Source: Nitrospirota bacterium (GTDB taxonomy: Bacteria > Nitrospirota > Nitrospiria > Nitrospirales > Nitrospiraceae). Taken from it: DNA of 64,000 nucleotides. The position numbers and the translations under genes were made by a program. The notes beneath the pieces were generated by a model, which saw only the letters and a program-made list of their open reading frames with translations, ran no database searches and was not told the DNA's origin. Positions 29,467-39,504 of this stretch are shown here, piece after piece (position 1 is the stretch's first letter; each line of letters starts with the position of its first letter). The stretch lies in assembly GCA_963703955.1 (NCBI GenBank), contig CAVPGK010000010.1, positions 224,001 to 288,000 on the forward strand, given 5' to 3'.

Positions 29467-31002
29467 GTGGATCTAGACGAACCCTATTTTTACGCCAAGA
29501 CACGAGGCGACCATATTGAGACACGCGGACTTCAGATGTGCGTACTGGGCCACGAACGACGCGACGACGGCTCTTCTCAGGGCCCCTTCGGTCGCTGGGC
29601 GTGGGATGGACATCGCTTGCAGGTTCGCAATGATCGCTATGGCTTCTACCCCTTATACTATTGGGCCCAAGACGGAGCAGTTGCCGTCTCGCCTTCCATC
29701 CCCACACTCTTGGCTGAAGGCGCCCCTGCTGAGTTAGACGCGGCCGGGCTCGCCGTGTTTCTTCGATTAGGATTCTTTATCGGAGACCACACTCCCTTCC
29801 GAGCCATTCGCGCCGTGCCCCCTGATACAACGTTCGAATGGGAGGATGGCCGACTCCAGGTATCGGGTAGAGTGATACCAACCAGGTGTGAGCGTCTGAA
29901 CCGAGTCGAGGCGAGTGAGCGATATGTGACGCTCTTTAAGACGGCTATTCGGCGTCGCCTTCCCACCGACACAGAATTTGCTGTGCCGGTGAGTGGCGGT
30001 CGGGACTCACGTCATATCTTACTCGAGCTGTGCGAGGCAGGTGTTCGCCCGAAGGTGTGCGTGACCTATCGAGGCCCTCACGTTTGGATGAACCGGGATG
30101 TCTTAGCCGCCACTCAACTGTGCGAGTTCTTAAAGCTGCCACACGTGATTCTTGATCAGCCACGCTCAAGGTTCAAAGCCGAGCTAAGAAGGAATATCGA
30201 GAATAATTTTTGCGCGGATGAAAATTGGCAAATACCGCCCCTCGTTGATTATGTCCGCGGGAAATTCAAAAGCATTTATGACGGGATAGCCGGCGATGTG
30301 CTCTCCAATGGCCTCTTTCTGAATGAAACCCGGCTCGCTTTATTTGAGAAAGGCGCGTTCTCGGCATTCGCGGAAGATCTACTTCATGATTTTCCGATGC
30401 ACTCGGACCTAGACCACGAAGAGGTGCTCGCAAAGGTCCTTCGCCCGGATCACTATCGGCGATTCAGTCGAGACCTCGCTGTCCATGCCTTAACCGATGA
30501 AGTGAGCAAGCATGCCGGGGCTCCCAACCCGGTGGGATCCTTCTTCTTTTGGAATCGAACTCGACGAGAGATTGCGCTGATACCATTTATGCTTGGTAAA
30601 GCGGCACAGGTGTTCTGCCCCTATCTCGACGATGATCTCTATGACTTCTTAGCATCGCTACCGGCAGACTTGTTTCTGAGTCATACCTTCCACACCGAGA
30701 CGATCCGCCAAGCATATCCGCATTCTGCGCGGATTCCGTTCGATAATGAGGTGAATCCCTCGAAGGACATACCACAAAGTGGATATTACCGGCTATTTGG
30801 ACGAGAGTGCCTATCGTATGCGCTGACTCACGGCCGGTCCCGCTACCTTCGCTATTCGTACATCTTGCCCAGATTGTTGAAATGCGCGCTCGACGAAACG
30901 TATGGCGAGACTTTGTTTTCGTATCGATGCTTGGGTTCCCACGCCCTGTACCTGCTTCACCTTGAACGCTTTGCCGAAAATCCTGATGTCATTCGTCGCT
31001 AG
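29467..31002 (+). CDS. Asparagine synthetase-like (PP-loop) amide ligase with degenerate glutaminase domain
   Basis: DRYGFYPLYY, VPVSGGRDSR, DGIAGD, PYLD; no N-terminal catalytic Cys at the annotated start. Confidence 0.8.
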   Translation: MDLDEPYFYAKTRGDHIETRGLQMCVLGHERRDDGSSQGPFGRWAWDGHRLQVRNDRYGFYPLYYWAQDGAVAVSPSIPTLLAEGAPAELDAAGLAVFLRLGFFIGDHTPFRAIRAVPPDTTFEWEDGRLQVSGRVIPTRCERLNRVEASERYVTLFKTAIRRRLPTDTEFAVPVSGGRDSRHILLELCEAGVRPKVCVTYRGPHVWMNRDVLAATQLCEFLKLPHVILDQPRSRFKAELRRNIENNFCADENWQIPPLVDYVRGKFKSIYDGIAGDVLSNGLFLNETRLALFEKGAFSAFAEDLLHDFPMHSDLDHEEVLAKVLRPDHYRRFSRDLAVHALTDEVSKHAGAPNPVGSFFFWNRTRREIALIPFMLGKAAQVFCPYLDDDLYDFLASLPADLFLSHTFHTETIRQAYPHSARIPFDNEVNPSKDIPQSGYYRLFGRECLSYALTHGRSRYLRYSYILPRLLKCALDETYGETLFSYRCLGSHALYLLHLERFAENPDVIRR

Positions 31003-31114
31003 CCTGCACACCGGTCGCACCCAGGCAGGGTTGGTCTGGCTGAGTCCGTGGGCGAACCGGGCTAGGCTGACGGACAGATTGGCTTCTGAACCACCGGCAG
31101 AGTCGGCAGAAAGA

Positions 31115-31582
31115 CTACTTCTTTCTTTTGTCACGCACGCGCCGTTTACCCTCGGTAATCTGCTCGACGGTCATCTTCTCGCTCAGGTAGTCTCGCGCAT
31201 CGAGAGCGTGCTGATTGCCCTGAGCGGCTGCAAGGCTGATCCAATAGTAGGCCGTGACGAGGTCCGGCTGGACTCCTTGCCCATTGGCATACATCAAGCC
31301 GAGATTGTACTGTGCACGCGGTTCTCCTTGTTCTGCGGCAAGTGTGTACCACTTCAGCGCCTCTCGATCATCTTGGGGAACGCCTTGGCCCTTGTCATAC
31401 AGCAATGCCAGGTCGTATTGTGCACGGGGTTCACCATTTCTCGCCAGATCCCGTAATTCCCTGGCTGTGGTTTCGTAGTCCCCACGGCGGTAGGCCTTGT
31501 CCGCACGACGGTCCGCGCACGCGGCTGTCGCCACGCATAGTGTCACGAGGCAAGCCGTGAGCAAGGCGAGTCGTGTCATCAT
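31115..31582 (-). CDS. Sel1-like repeat exported protein
   Basis: AQYDLALLY.KG.GVPQD..EA.KWY..AAEQG...AQYNLGLMY.NG.GV. Confidence 0.92.
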   Translation of the reverse strand: MMTRLALLTACLVTLCVATAACADRRADKAYRRGDYETTARELRDLARNGEPRAQYDLALLYDKGQGVPQDDREALKWYTLAAEQGEPRAQYNLGLMYANGQGVQPDLVTAYYWISLAAAQGNQHALDARDYLSEKMTVEQITEGKRRVRDKRKK

Positions 31583-31856
31583 AACCGAGTGCCAAAACGG
31601 GAGCGACGGTATCCATGAGGGGAGGAGGGTACTCCAGGAGACACGGCCTAGATCCTCAGATCAACAAAAGGCTCCGTGGTTTCAAGAGAAGGGATCGAAA
31701 TAGGTTTATTAACCCCTTTCACCCCGGAGGCGCTCGGGAGGCCGCTTGGGGATGGCAATAGGTGTGACCACGTCTTGACCTTCCCCGAGCAAGACATGGA
31801 ACGGCCAATGAGACTATACGGTCACACAGACCGTTCCTGCGCGTGATCGTCGAGCG

Positions 31857-32100
31857 TTACTCGGTTTTCTCCTTCATCTCGTTCGCTGTGCCCTTCGCTC
31901 GCTCCATCTCAGCCTTGCCCTTATTTCCCTTGGCTTCTTCCACTAACGCCTTTGATTCTCCCTTGACCTCTTCAGTCGCAGCCTTCGTTTCTCCTTATCA
32001 TTTTTTCAACCGCGGCCTTCGTCTCTCCTGCTTGAACACTTGAATATGCCCCAACGAGGGGGAACAGAAGTGCGAGTGCGGCGATCATAATTGATCGCAT
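31857..32100 (-). CDS. Small exported Lys/Glu-rich repeat protein (CsbD/LEA-like), 1-nt frameshift near 31997
   Basis: RBS AGGAGG; signal peptide MRSIMIAALALLFPLVGAYSSVQA, then repeats GETKAAVEKM, KGETKAATEEV, KGESKALVEEA. Confidence 0.6.
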
Positions 32101-32288
32101 GGGAACCTCCTGGTGAGAGTCAAGTGCGCCTTTGTCTTGGCTATCAATCTTTCTTCTGGCAGCAGCTCATCAACAAGCTCCAGCCAGGTAGCAGGGCAGT
32201 TACTACCACACCGATGGTGTAGGAAGCGAGCGTAAGTTGACGGAAGACGGATGTCATGTCAAGGGTAGAGTGTCGTTCTTGTCCTGCC

Positions 32289-32552
32289 AGCGGCAGTCAA
32301 ACACGTGGGGCGACAGTAGCAGAACCGGAAGCAACAGCAAGGGGGTACCACAACTGCAGTAACTGCCGGAGTAGATGACTGTCGCAGCGCGTCGAGTGAG
32401 TGTCGGCTTCTCCATCCTTGGTAATCAAAAGGCTCTTCTGCTTGGCTGCGAGGAATGGAACGCAGCCTCGACGGCCTCAACCGCTAGAGCAACGATAGCG
32501 CAAGTCGGAGAAACGAGAACGCCCGCGGGCGGCATTGCCCGCGGGCGTTCTT
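32289..32552 (+). ncRNA. Candidate structured RNA or leader upstream of trpD; family not recognised
   Basis: Nested helices AGCGG/CCGCT, TGGGG/CCTCA, CGACAGT/ACTGTCG, CGTCGA/TCGACG, GGCTGCG/CGCAGCC, followed by a strong hairpin. Confidence 0.35.
32515..32552 (+). terminator. Strong GC-rich hairpin, probable terminator or attenuator
   Basis: GAGAACGCCCGCGGGC-GGCATT-GCCCGCGGGCGTTCTT; short U tail. Confidence 0.65.
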
Positions 32553-32680
32553 ACTATGTGCTGTCAGCTGTCTCCGGGACCCTTCGTTGCTTTCGAACCG
32601 CCCATCTCATACAATCTCGTTTCGGCTCACTCCTTCAATCATGGCTGAGGCTGACGGTTGAAAGCTTTCGAGTCTTCATC

Positions 32681-33691
32681 ATGATCAAAGACGCGATCGC
32701 CAAGCTGGCCGATAAGATAGACCTCTCGGAGAAAGAAGCCGAGGAGGTTTTGCTGGAGATCATGAGCGGGGCCGCGACGGCTGCACAAATGGCGGCCTAT
32801 CTCATGGGGCTGCGGATCAAAGGTGAGACAGTGGACGAAATTGTCGGATCGGCGCGGGCGATGCGCTCACGCGCAGTGCGCATGCAAGTGGCTGATCCGC
32901 TTGTGGTGGATACGTGTGGTACCGGCGGGGATCGTTCGCACACGTTCAATATTTCCACGACTGCCGCGTTCGTCGTGGCCGGGGGAGGGTTGACCGTTGC
33001 CAAGCATGGAAATCGGTCGGTGTCATCCCGATGCGGGAGCGCCGACGTGCTGGCCGCTCTGGGCGTCAAGATCGATTTGCCGACCGACCGAGTCGGAGAG
33101 TGCGTCAACGAAATCGGCATCGGCTTTTTATTTGCGCCACTCTTTCATGGCGCCATGAAGCACTGTGCAGGACCCCGGCAGGAAATCGGTGTGCGAACGC
33201 TCCTCAATATCCTTGGCCCCCTCACCAACCCGGCAGGCGCCACCATTCAAGTCTTAGGTGTGTATGACTCCAGCTTGACCGAGTTACTTTCCAGGGTCTT
33301 GATGCACCTCGGCACGCAGCATTGCTTTCTTGTCCATGGCATGGACGGATTGGACGAAGTGACACTGACGGATCGGACTCGGGTGTCCGAAGGTAAAGCC
33401 GGCTTGGTCTCCAGTTACTTCGTCGAGCCCAAAGATTTTGGCCTGGAGCGGGCGCGCCTGCGGGACCTAGTGGGCGGAACAGCGGAAGACAACGCACACA
33501 TCACACGGGAAATTCTTCAAGGACGGAAAGGCCCCAAACGCGATGTCGTATGCATGAATGCGGCTCCCGCGTTCGTAGCCGGTCGCAAGGCGAAGACCTT
33601 GCAGGAGGGATTTGCACTGGCGGGGCAGGTCATCGATAGCGGAGCGGCTATTGAAAAGTTGGAGCGGCTGATCGCGTTTACAAACAGATGA
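32681..33691 (+). CDS. trpD: Anthranilate phosphoribosyltransferase
   Basis: DTCGTGGD, FNIST, AKHGNRSVSS..GSAD, LGPL.NP, GLDE. Confidence 0.97.
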   Translation: MIKDAIAKLADKIDLSEKEAEEVLLEIMSGAATAAQMAAYLMGLRIKGETVDEIVGSARAMRSRAVRMQVADPLVVDTCGTGGDRSHTFNISTTAAFVVAGGGLTVAKHGNRSVSSRCGSADVLAALGVKIDLPTDRVGECVNEIGIGFLFAPLFHGAMKHCAGPRQEIGVRTLLNILGPLTNPAGATIQVLGVYDSSLTELLSRVLMHLGTQHCFLVHGMDGLDEVTLTDRTRVSEGKAGLVSSYFVEPKDFGLERARLRDLVGGTAEDNAHITREILQGRKGPKRDVVCMNAAPAFVAGRKAKTLQEGFALAGQVIDSGAAIEKLERLIAFTNR

Positions 33692-33700
33692 AGAGGGGAA

Positions 33701-33840
33701 GGGTGACATCGTCGAGACCTCGTGCTCGCGCAGCGCGCACACTAAGAAGGTGCTCGCTCGGGAAGGGGTGCGTCTTGGCGCGCCTGGGGGGTGGGCGGGT
33801 GTAATAGGACGCGCGCAGTAACGCCTCGACGATGCCACCC
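33701..33840. repeat. Palindromic intergenic repeat sharing a core with elements at 5.3 kb and 38.5 kb
   Basis: IR GGGTGACATCGTCGAG / CTCGACGATGCCACCC (15/16); core GGGAAGGGGTGCGTC..CTTGG..GGGTGGGCGGGTG. Confidence 0.7.
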
Positions 33841-33910
33841 CTCCCGGAGAATCGGCGATGGGCCTGGGGGAGAGAGTAAGGAAGAGGGGAAGAGGGTTGA
33901 AAGGGAAGAG

Positions 33911-34756
33911 ATGATTCTGGATCGGATTTTGGAACATAAGAAGGCGGAGGTTCGGCACAAGCAGAGTCGGGGGTATCTGGCTGAGCTGAAGTCGAAGATT
34001 CGGGATCGGATGCCGCCGATGGGGTTTTGTGTGACGCTGGAGGCCATGCGGACCCCGTCGAGTCCGGCGCTGATTGCCGAAGTGAAGAAAGCCTCGCCAA
34101 GCCTCGGCTTGCTGCGGGAAGAATTCAAGGACAAATTTGAGCCGGTCGAGATCGCCAAGCAATACCGCAAGTATGGGGCCTCGGCGGTCTCGGTGCTGAC
34201 GGATGAGATGTTCTTTCAGGGGAGCTTGGACGACCTGCAAGCGGTCAAAGATCAGGTCGGTTTGCCGACGCTGAACAAGGAGTTCATGGTCCATGGCATT
34301 CAGTTCTATGAGGCACGGGCGTTCGGCGCCGACGCGGTGCTCCTGATTGTTGCTGCTCTCGAGCGACGGCAGGTGATCGACTTTCATGCATTGGCCAAGG
34401 ACCTTGCGCTGGATGTGCTGATCGAGATTCACCATGAGCGAGAACTCGATACGGTGCTGGAATGGCTGCCAGATGCAAGGCTTATCGGGATCAACAATCG
34501 AAACCTCAAGACCTTTTCAACTGATCTGGGCGTCACGCTCCGCCTCGCCAAACGCATTCCTCCCGACAGGCTGATAGTTAGCGAGAGCGGCATTCACAAG
34601 CGCGGCGATGTGCAATGTCTCATTGAAGCCGGCGTGCACGCCATGCTGGTCGGGGAGTCTCTTATTCGATCAAATGACGTTGGCGCCAAGGTCAGAGAGT
34701 TGCTTGGCAACGATACGAACAGCAAATCTAAGAATGACGACGCTCCTCTTCGGTAG
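33911..34756 (+). CDS. trpC: Indole-3-glycerol phosphate synthase
   Basis: IAEVKKASPS, SVLTD..FF.GS, GADAVLLI, GINNR.L, SESGI, LVGE. Confidence 0.97.
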   Translation: MILDRILEHKKAEVRHKQSRGYLAELKSKIRDRMPPMGFCVTLEAMRTPSSPALIAEVKKASPSLGLLREEFKDKFEPVEIAKQYRKYGASAVSVLTDEMFFQGSLDDLQAVKDQVGLPTLNKEFMVHGIQFYEARAFGADAVLLIVAALERRQVIDFHALAKDLALDVLIEIHHERELDTVLEWLPDARLIGINNRNLKTFSTDLGVTLRLAKRIPPDRLIVSESGIHKRGDVQCLIEAGVHAMLVGESLIRSNDVGAKVRELLGNDTNSKSKNDDAPLR

Positions 34757-34786
34757 AGAAAATCTATTCAAGCGGCGGAGGCTGTA

Positions 34787-35329
34787 GTGACTGAGAGTGA
34801 GGAACGAAAAGCTTTCACTCGTTTTCCGGTTATCTCATACGGCGCAGAGTACCTTGTTATGGGTTATCTTATGCGGCGAAATATCCTCGCCTATAAGGCA
34901 CCACCGAACCATGAAGGCTATGATCTAATCTGTATTCATCCTGATCCAAAAGTCGTAGGGTCGAAGATACGTGTTCAAGTTAAGAGCAGGCTTGCTACTG
35001 ACTGCGATCGAGGCTTCCCTGTCAAGGAACGCAGTTTTGAAGCCTTTGATTATCTTATTGTGACCTTCCTCAATGTGGGTTACTTCTTCGGCAAGGCGAA
35101 AACGCATGGAACCAGAGAAGGTGCTCGGGAACCAGAGTTTTACACTTTCCCCCTGGAGTTTATTCGCCTCCATCATGATCGTACTAGCTCATGGCAAAAA
35201 GTACGGACTCGCGGTCTTGATATAGAGTGTTATAAGAACGAACTCGGCTTCGAGTTGATCGCCAAGGACTTGGACATTCGTTACCCATCAAAGTTGAGAA
35301 GATTAGAGAAGCGTTCAGCAATTGTTTAG
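34787..35329 (+). CDS. Hypothetical protein, PD-(D/E)XK nuclease-like
   Basis: GAEYLV...L, GYDLIC, RVQVKSR; AT-richer than the trp genes. Confidence 0.55.
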   Translation: MTESEERKAFTRFPVISYGAEYLVMGYLMRRNILAYKAPPNHEGYDLICIHPDPKVVGSKIRVQVKSRLATDCDRGFPVKERSFEAFDYLIVTFLNVGYFFGKAKTHGTREGAREPEFYTFPLEFIRLHHDRTSSWQKVRTRGLDIECYKNELGFELIAKDLDIRYPSKLRRLEKRSAIV

Positions 35330-35331
35330 AG

Positions 35332-35811
35332 ATGATGGGCATTCTCGCAGTAACACTCTCATGGATAATAAGCGCCGCCGCAATCGCTCAAGTCATCGGT
35401 GAAGAAGCCGAGATGGAGCGGTTACAAGGACGCGCGGAAGAGGCGATCGCGAATGGCGATGCGGATGGCGCTTCCATGAACATGGGGAAGGCGGCGCTCA
35501 TGGCATCGCAGTTGGCCAAGAAGCAAGATGATCAATCCAAGGCGCAGTGGTACCGTGGCGCTGAAGCGCTGTTCAGGTCGCAGGAACACGGGTACCGGGC
35601 GTTGGCCTTATTCGAGCGAGCCGGTGGGCAGACGCCTGCCTCGTCCGGGGTCTGCGGTAGCATGCGTCTTGCCAAGCAACACCTCGATCAATCGATCAGT
35701 CTATTGGTGGATGCCGCTCCTGTCGATCGCCGATCGAAACAATTGCAGACCACGGCTACGGATTGGGTCAAGACTCTCGAAGGCATGAACGCCGACTTTC
35801 AATGCCGGTGA
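35332..35811 (+). CDS. Exported helical hypothetical protein
   Basis: Signal peptide; 159-aa open frame; two Cys. Confidence 0.7.
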   Translation: MMGILAVTLSWIISAAAIAQVIGEEAEMERLQGRAEEAIANGDADGASMNMGKAALMASQLAKKQDDQSKAQWYRGAEALFRSQEHGYRALALFERAGGQTPASSGVCGSMRLAKQHLDQSISLLVDAAPVDRRSKQLQTTATDWVKTLEGMNADFQCR

Positions 35812-35820
35812 TCTCATCTA

Positions 35821-36633
35821 ATGGACGTTGTGCAGACGAAGAAGACCTACACACCGGGCTACAGTGATGTAGCAATCCGGTATATGATGAGACGCCATGC
35901 TCGCAGAGACGCCGCGTTTCTGCTTCCGCGTCTCCACAAGGGGGTGAGCCTCCTTGATTGCGGCTGCGGTCCAGGGACAATTTCGGTCGGTCTGGCCGAG
36001 AACGTCGCTCCAGGTCCAGTCATCGGTATCGATATTGAAAAAGGGCAGATTGATCTCGCTCGCAGCGGCGCACAGCAACGTGGTCTGATCAATCTTCTAT
36101 TCGAAGTGGCCAGCGTCTATGACTTGCCGTTTCGGACTGACGCCTTTGATGTGGTCTTCTCGCACGCGCTCTTTGAACACCTGACCGATCCTGCCGGCGC
36201 GCTCAAGGAGATTCGTCGGGTGCTTCGTCCTGGTGGAATGGTTGGCATCGCCAGCCCGGATTGGGGCGGCAACATGACCGTGCCCGCTGATCCGGTCGTT
36301 GATGAGGCGATTGAACTATACAAGGGTCTCCAGGCTAAGAACGGAGGGAACCCTTACATCGGGCGGGAACTCAGACGCCTGCTTGAGGAAGGTGGGTTTT
36401 CAGGGGTACGGCTCACGGCGATGTACGATTGCTATGAGGATGTGGAGCTTTTTGCAGAGCTCATTACAGAGAGAATCCAATCTGCTCGGACATCCGACCG
36501 ATTGACCGAGGGTGGTAGTTCCGATTCAGCGCGTATCGAGCGCTTGGGCAATGCGTTTCGCCAATGGGCCAAGCAACCCGGGGTCCTCTACGCTCAGAGT
36601 TTCGTCGAAGCAGTTGGGCATGTAGTGAAATGA
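35821..36633 (+). CDS. Class I SAM-dependent methyltransferase (UbiE/Methyltransf_11-like)
   Basis: LLDCGCGPG, GIDI, LPF...FDVV, RVLRPGG. Confidence 0.92.
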   Translation: MDVVQTKKTYTPGYSDVAIRYMMRRHARRDAAFLLPRLHKGVSLLDCGCGPGTISVGLAENVAPGPVIGIDIEKGQIDLARSGAQQRGLINLLFEVASVYDLPFRTDAFDVVFSHALFEHLTDPAGALKEIRRVLRPGGMVGIASPDWGGNMTVPADPVVDEAIELYKGLQAKNGGNPYIGRELRRLLEEGGFSGVRLTAMYDCYEDVELFAELITERIQSARTSDRLTEGGSSDSARIERLGNAFRQWAKQPGVLYAQSFVEAVGHVVK

Positions 36634-37271
36634 GCCTCCTGAAGGTCAAAATCTGCGGGATCACGAACCTTGAAGATGCTCTCGCCGCTGTCGAGGCGGG
36701 AGCCGATGCGTTGGGGTTTGTCTTGTACAAAGCAAGCCCGCGGTGTGTGGGCCCGGATGTGGTTCGTGCGATTGTCAAAGTGCTGCCCCCGTTTGTGCTG
36801 CCGGTCGGAGTGTTTGTGAATGAGGACCTGAAGGTGGTGCAGGATGTCATGGATTCGTGTGGCTTGGCGCTGGCGCAGCTTCATGGCGATGAGCCGGCGA
36901 CCTACTGCGAACAATTAGGACGGCCGGTGGTGAAAGCGATTCGGCTACGCAATGTGGCGAGCTTCTTGGCATTGGCGGAGTACAAAGGTCGCGCGCAGGT
37001 GCGCGGGTTCATCGTGGACAAGTTTTCAGAATCGGCGTATGGCGGAACCGGGGAGGTGGTGGATTGGGCGCTCGCGGCGCAAGCGGCGCGCACGGCGCCG
37101 GTGTTGCTGGCCGGCGGTCTCACGCCTGACAATGTGACGGAAGCCATCCAATACGTTCGGCCCTACGGTGTCGATGTGAGCAGCGGCGTTGAAGTCTCTC
37201 CGGGGAAAAAAGATTACGCCAAAGTGCAAGCCTTTATCCAGGCCGCCAAACTTGCTTCGACCAACCCCTGA
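36630..37271 (+). CDS. trpF: Phosphoribosylanthranilate isomerase
   Basis: [41 protein letters not shown]. Confidence 0.97.
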   Translation: MSLLKVKICGITNLEDALAAVEAGADALGFVLYKASPRCVGPDVVRAIVKVLPPFVLPVGVFVNEDLKVVQDVMDSCGLALAQLHGDEPATYCEQLGRPVVKAIRLRNVASFLALAEYKGRAQVRGFIVDKFSESAYGGTGEVVDWALAAQAARTAPVLLAGGLTPDNVTEAIQYVRPYGVDVSSGVEVSPGKKDYAKVQAFIQAAKLASTNP

Positions 37272-37288
37272 GCCTATACTGCCTGACT

Positions 37289-38482
37289 ATGAGATCCGCT
37301 CCCGATCAACGCGGACGATTCGGAAAATTCGGCGGGCGGTACGTCCCCGAAACCCTCATGCCGGCGCTCCACGAGCTGGAGCAAGCATATGCGAAGGCGC
37401 GCACAGATCCTCAGTACCGGTCCGAATTGGCGCATTATCTCAAGGAGTATGTCGGGCGACCGACCCCGCTATACTGTGCCGAACGGCTGAGCCGTAAGCT
37501 GGGCGGCGCGAAGATCTACCTCAAGCGGGAAGACCTCTGCCATACCGGCGCGCACAAGATCAACAATTCCATCGGGCAAGCCCTCCTGGCTCGCCGGATG
37601 AAGAAACACCGGATCATTGCCGAGACAGGAGCCGGCCAACACGGCGTATCGGTGGCCACCGTCGCCGCGATGTTCGGGTTGACCTGCGAAGTCTACATGG
37701 GCACCGAAGACATGGAGCGTCAGGCGCTGAATGTGTTTCGCATGCGGCTGCTCGGCTCGAAGGTGACCGGGGTGGACGCGGGAAGCCGGACGCTCAAGGA
37801 CGCGATCAATGAGGCCATGCGTGATTGGACGACCAATGTCAGGACGACCCATTATATCCTCGGATCGGTGCTCGGGGCGCATCCCTATCCGATGATGATT
37901 CGCGACTTTCAGTCGGTTATCGGGCGAGAGGCCCGCCGCCAAATGTTATCGATGGAAGGCAGGCTTCCGGACTGTCTCGTGGCATGCGTCGGGGGCGGCA
38001 GTAACTCAATCGGCCTTTTTCATGCTTTTGTCAAAGACAAGAATGTGAAGATGGTCGGGGTGGAGGCGGGCGGCCTCGGCGTCGAAAGCGGGAAGCATGC
38101 GGCGCGTTTCGCCGGCGGGCGGCCGGGCGTGCTGCACGGCACCATGACCTATCTTTTGCAGGATGATGATGGGCAGATCAACTTGACCCACTCGGTCTCC
38201 GCGGGATTGGACTATGCGGCCGTCGGACCGGAACACAGCTATCTGCACGATGCCGGGCGCATTCGGTACACGTCGGCCACGGATGAGGAGGCTTTAGCCG
38301 CGTTCGATCTGTTGTCGCAAGAAGAGGGCATTATTCCGGCCTTGGAAAGCGCGCACGCCATCGCCGAGATCGTCAAGCTCGCGCCCACTATGGCAAAGCG
38401 CCAAGTCATCATCGTGAACCTCTCCGGTCGTGGCGATAAAGATGTGAATCAAGTGGCCCGCATCAAAGGAGTGACTTTGTGA
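37289..38482 (+). CDS. trpB: Tryptophan synthase beta chain
   Basis: [40 protein letters not shown]. Confidence 0.98.
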   Translation: MRSAPDQRGRFGKFGGRYVPETLMPALHELEQAYAKARTDPQYRSELAHYLKEYVGRPTPLYCAERLSRKLGGAKIYLKREDLCHTGAHKINNSIGQALLARRMKKHRIIAETGAGQHGVSVATVAAMFGLTCEVYMGTEDMERQALNVFRMRLLGSKVTGVDAGSRTLKDAINEAMRDWTTNVRTTHYILGSVLGAHPYPMMIRDFQSVIGREARRQMLSMEGRLPDCLVACVGGGSNSIGLFHAFVKDKNVKMVGVEAGGLGVESGKHAARFAGGRPGVLHGTMTYLLQDDDGQINLTHSVSAGLDYAAVGPEHSYLHDAGRIRYTSATDEEALAAFDLLSQEEGIIPALESAHAIAEIVKLAPTMAKRQVIIVNLSGRGDKDVNQVARIKGVTL

Positions 38483-38650
38483 GAATGCTGAACAAGGTCC
38501 CCAGCCCTTGGGTTCGACTTCGCCTGCAGCACTCGCCCGGGAAGAAGCGTGTCCCTCGGGCAAAGCGCCGGCCTTGGTCGGCGCAGGGTGGGCGGGTGAC
38601 ATAACGCTTGGGGTGGGCCGGGCGCAACAGATACCTTTTTGAGCATCCTC
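38481..38650. repeat. MITE-like repeat between trpB and trpA
   Basis: GAGAATGCTGAACAAGG ... CCTTTTTGAGCATCCTC terminal IR (same family as 4495); core CTTGGTCGGCGCAGGGTGGGCGGGTGA. Confidence 0.7.
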
Positions 38651-38661
38651 CGGAAAAGAAG

Positions 38662-39504
38662 ATGAGCAACCGCATAGAAACCACATTCGCTCGACTCAAA
38701 GGTACTGCGGAGAAGGCCCTGATCACCTACATCATGGCCGGCGACCCGTCTCTGCACGAGACAGAGACGCTTGTGTTGGAATTGGAACGGAACGGGGCCG
38801 ACATTATCGAGCTGGGGGTGCCTTTTTCCGATCCGATCGCCGATGGGCCGGTGATTCAGAAGGCCGCCGAGCGCGCCCTGCGGAGCGGTACGTCGTTGCG
38901 CCGCATTCTGGATACCGTAGCGTCCCTGCGGGCTCGCACCCAAATCCCGCTGGTGCTGATGGCCTACTACAACACGATCCACGCCCTCGGCGAAGGGGCC
39001 TTCTGTCGGCAGGCTGCGGCAGCAGGGGTAGACGGACTCATCATACCCGATATGCCGCCTGAGGAAGATGCGCTCCTCGCCGCGGCGAGCTGTGAGGGGG
39101 GACCGGTATTGATTTATTTACTGGCACCGACCAGCACCCCCACGCGCATGGCGTGGATCGCACGCAAGTCAAAAGGGTTCATCTACTACGTCTCCTTAAC
39201 CGGCATTACCGGCGCCAAGCTGACCGACCTCGCAGGAATCAAGCGAAACGTCGCCCGGATCCGCAAAACAACGGACGTGCCGGTCGCCGTGGGATTCGGG
39301 ATTGCCACGCCACAGGATGTGGCGCGAGTCGCTGGCCTTGCAGACGGGGTGATCGTCGGCAGCGCGATCGTTCGTCAAATTGAACAGTATCGGGATGATC
39401 CTCGGATGCCGCATCGCGTGGGGCAATTCGTCAGGTCTCTGAAAGATGCGACACGGCTCAGGACCGGAAGGTTCGGCGTGCCGGTCTCCGTGCCCACGAC
39501 GTAG
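38662..39504 (+). CDS. trpA: Tryptophan synthase alpha chain
   Basis: YIMAGDP, ELGVPFSDPIADGPVIQ, YYVS..G.TG, VGFGI, DGVIVGSA. Confidence 0.98.
   Translation: MSNRIETTFARLKGTAEKALITYIMAGDPSLHETETLVLELERNGADIIELGVPFSDPIADGPVIQKAAERALRSGTSLRRILDTVASLRARTQIPLVLMAYYNTIHALGEGAFCRQAAAAGVDGLIIPDMPPEEDALLAAASCEGGPVLIYLLAPTSTPTRMAWIARKSKGFIYYVSLTGITGAKLTDLAGIKRNVARIRKTTDVPVAVGFGIATPQDVARVAGLADGVIVGSAIVRQIEQYRDDPRMPHRVGQFVRSLKDATRLRTGRFGVPVSVPTT

Noticed and set aside
29467..31002. Lasso peptide biosynthetic cluster
   Set aside because: No B1/B2 proteins or precursor-like ORF found nearby
32319..32345. SRP RNA domain IV-like sequence CAGAACCGGAAGCAACAGC
   Set aside because: The stem closing the GGAA loop does not pair as in SRP RNA
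32375..32680. Long N-terminal extensions of trpD (also trpC, trpA, lnt and ORF 6448..7977) in the ORF track
   Set aside because: Family similarity and RBS positions point to downstream starts; the extensions read through repeats or neighbouring genes
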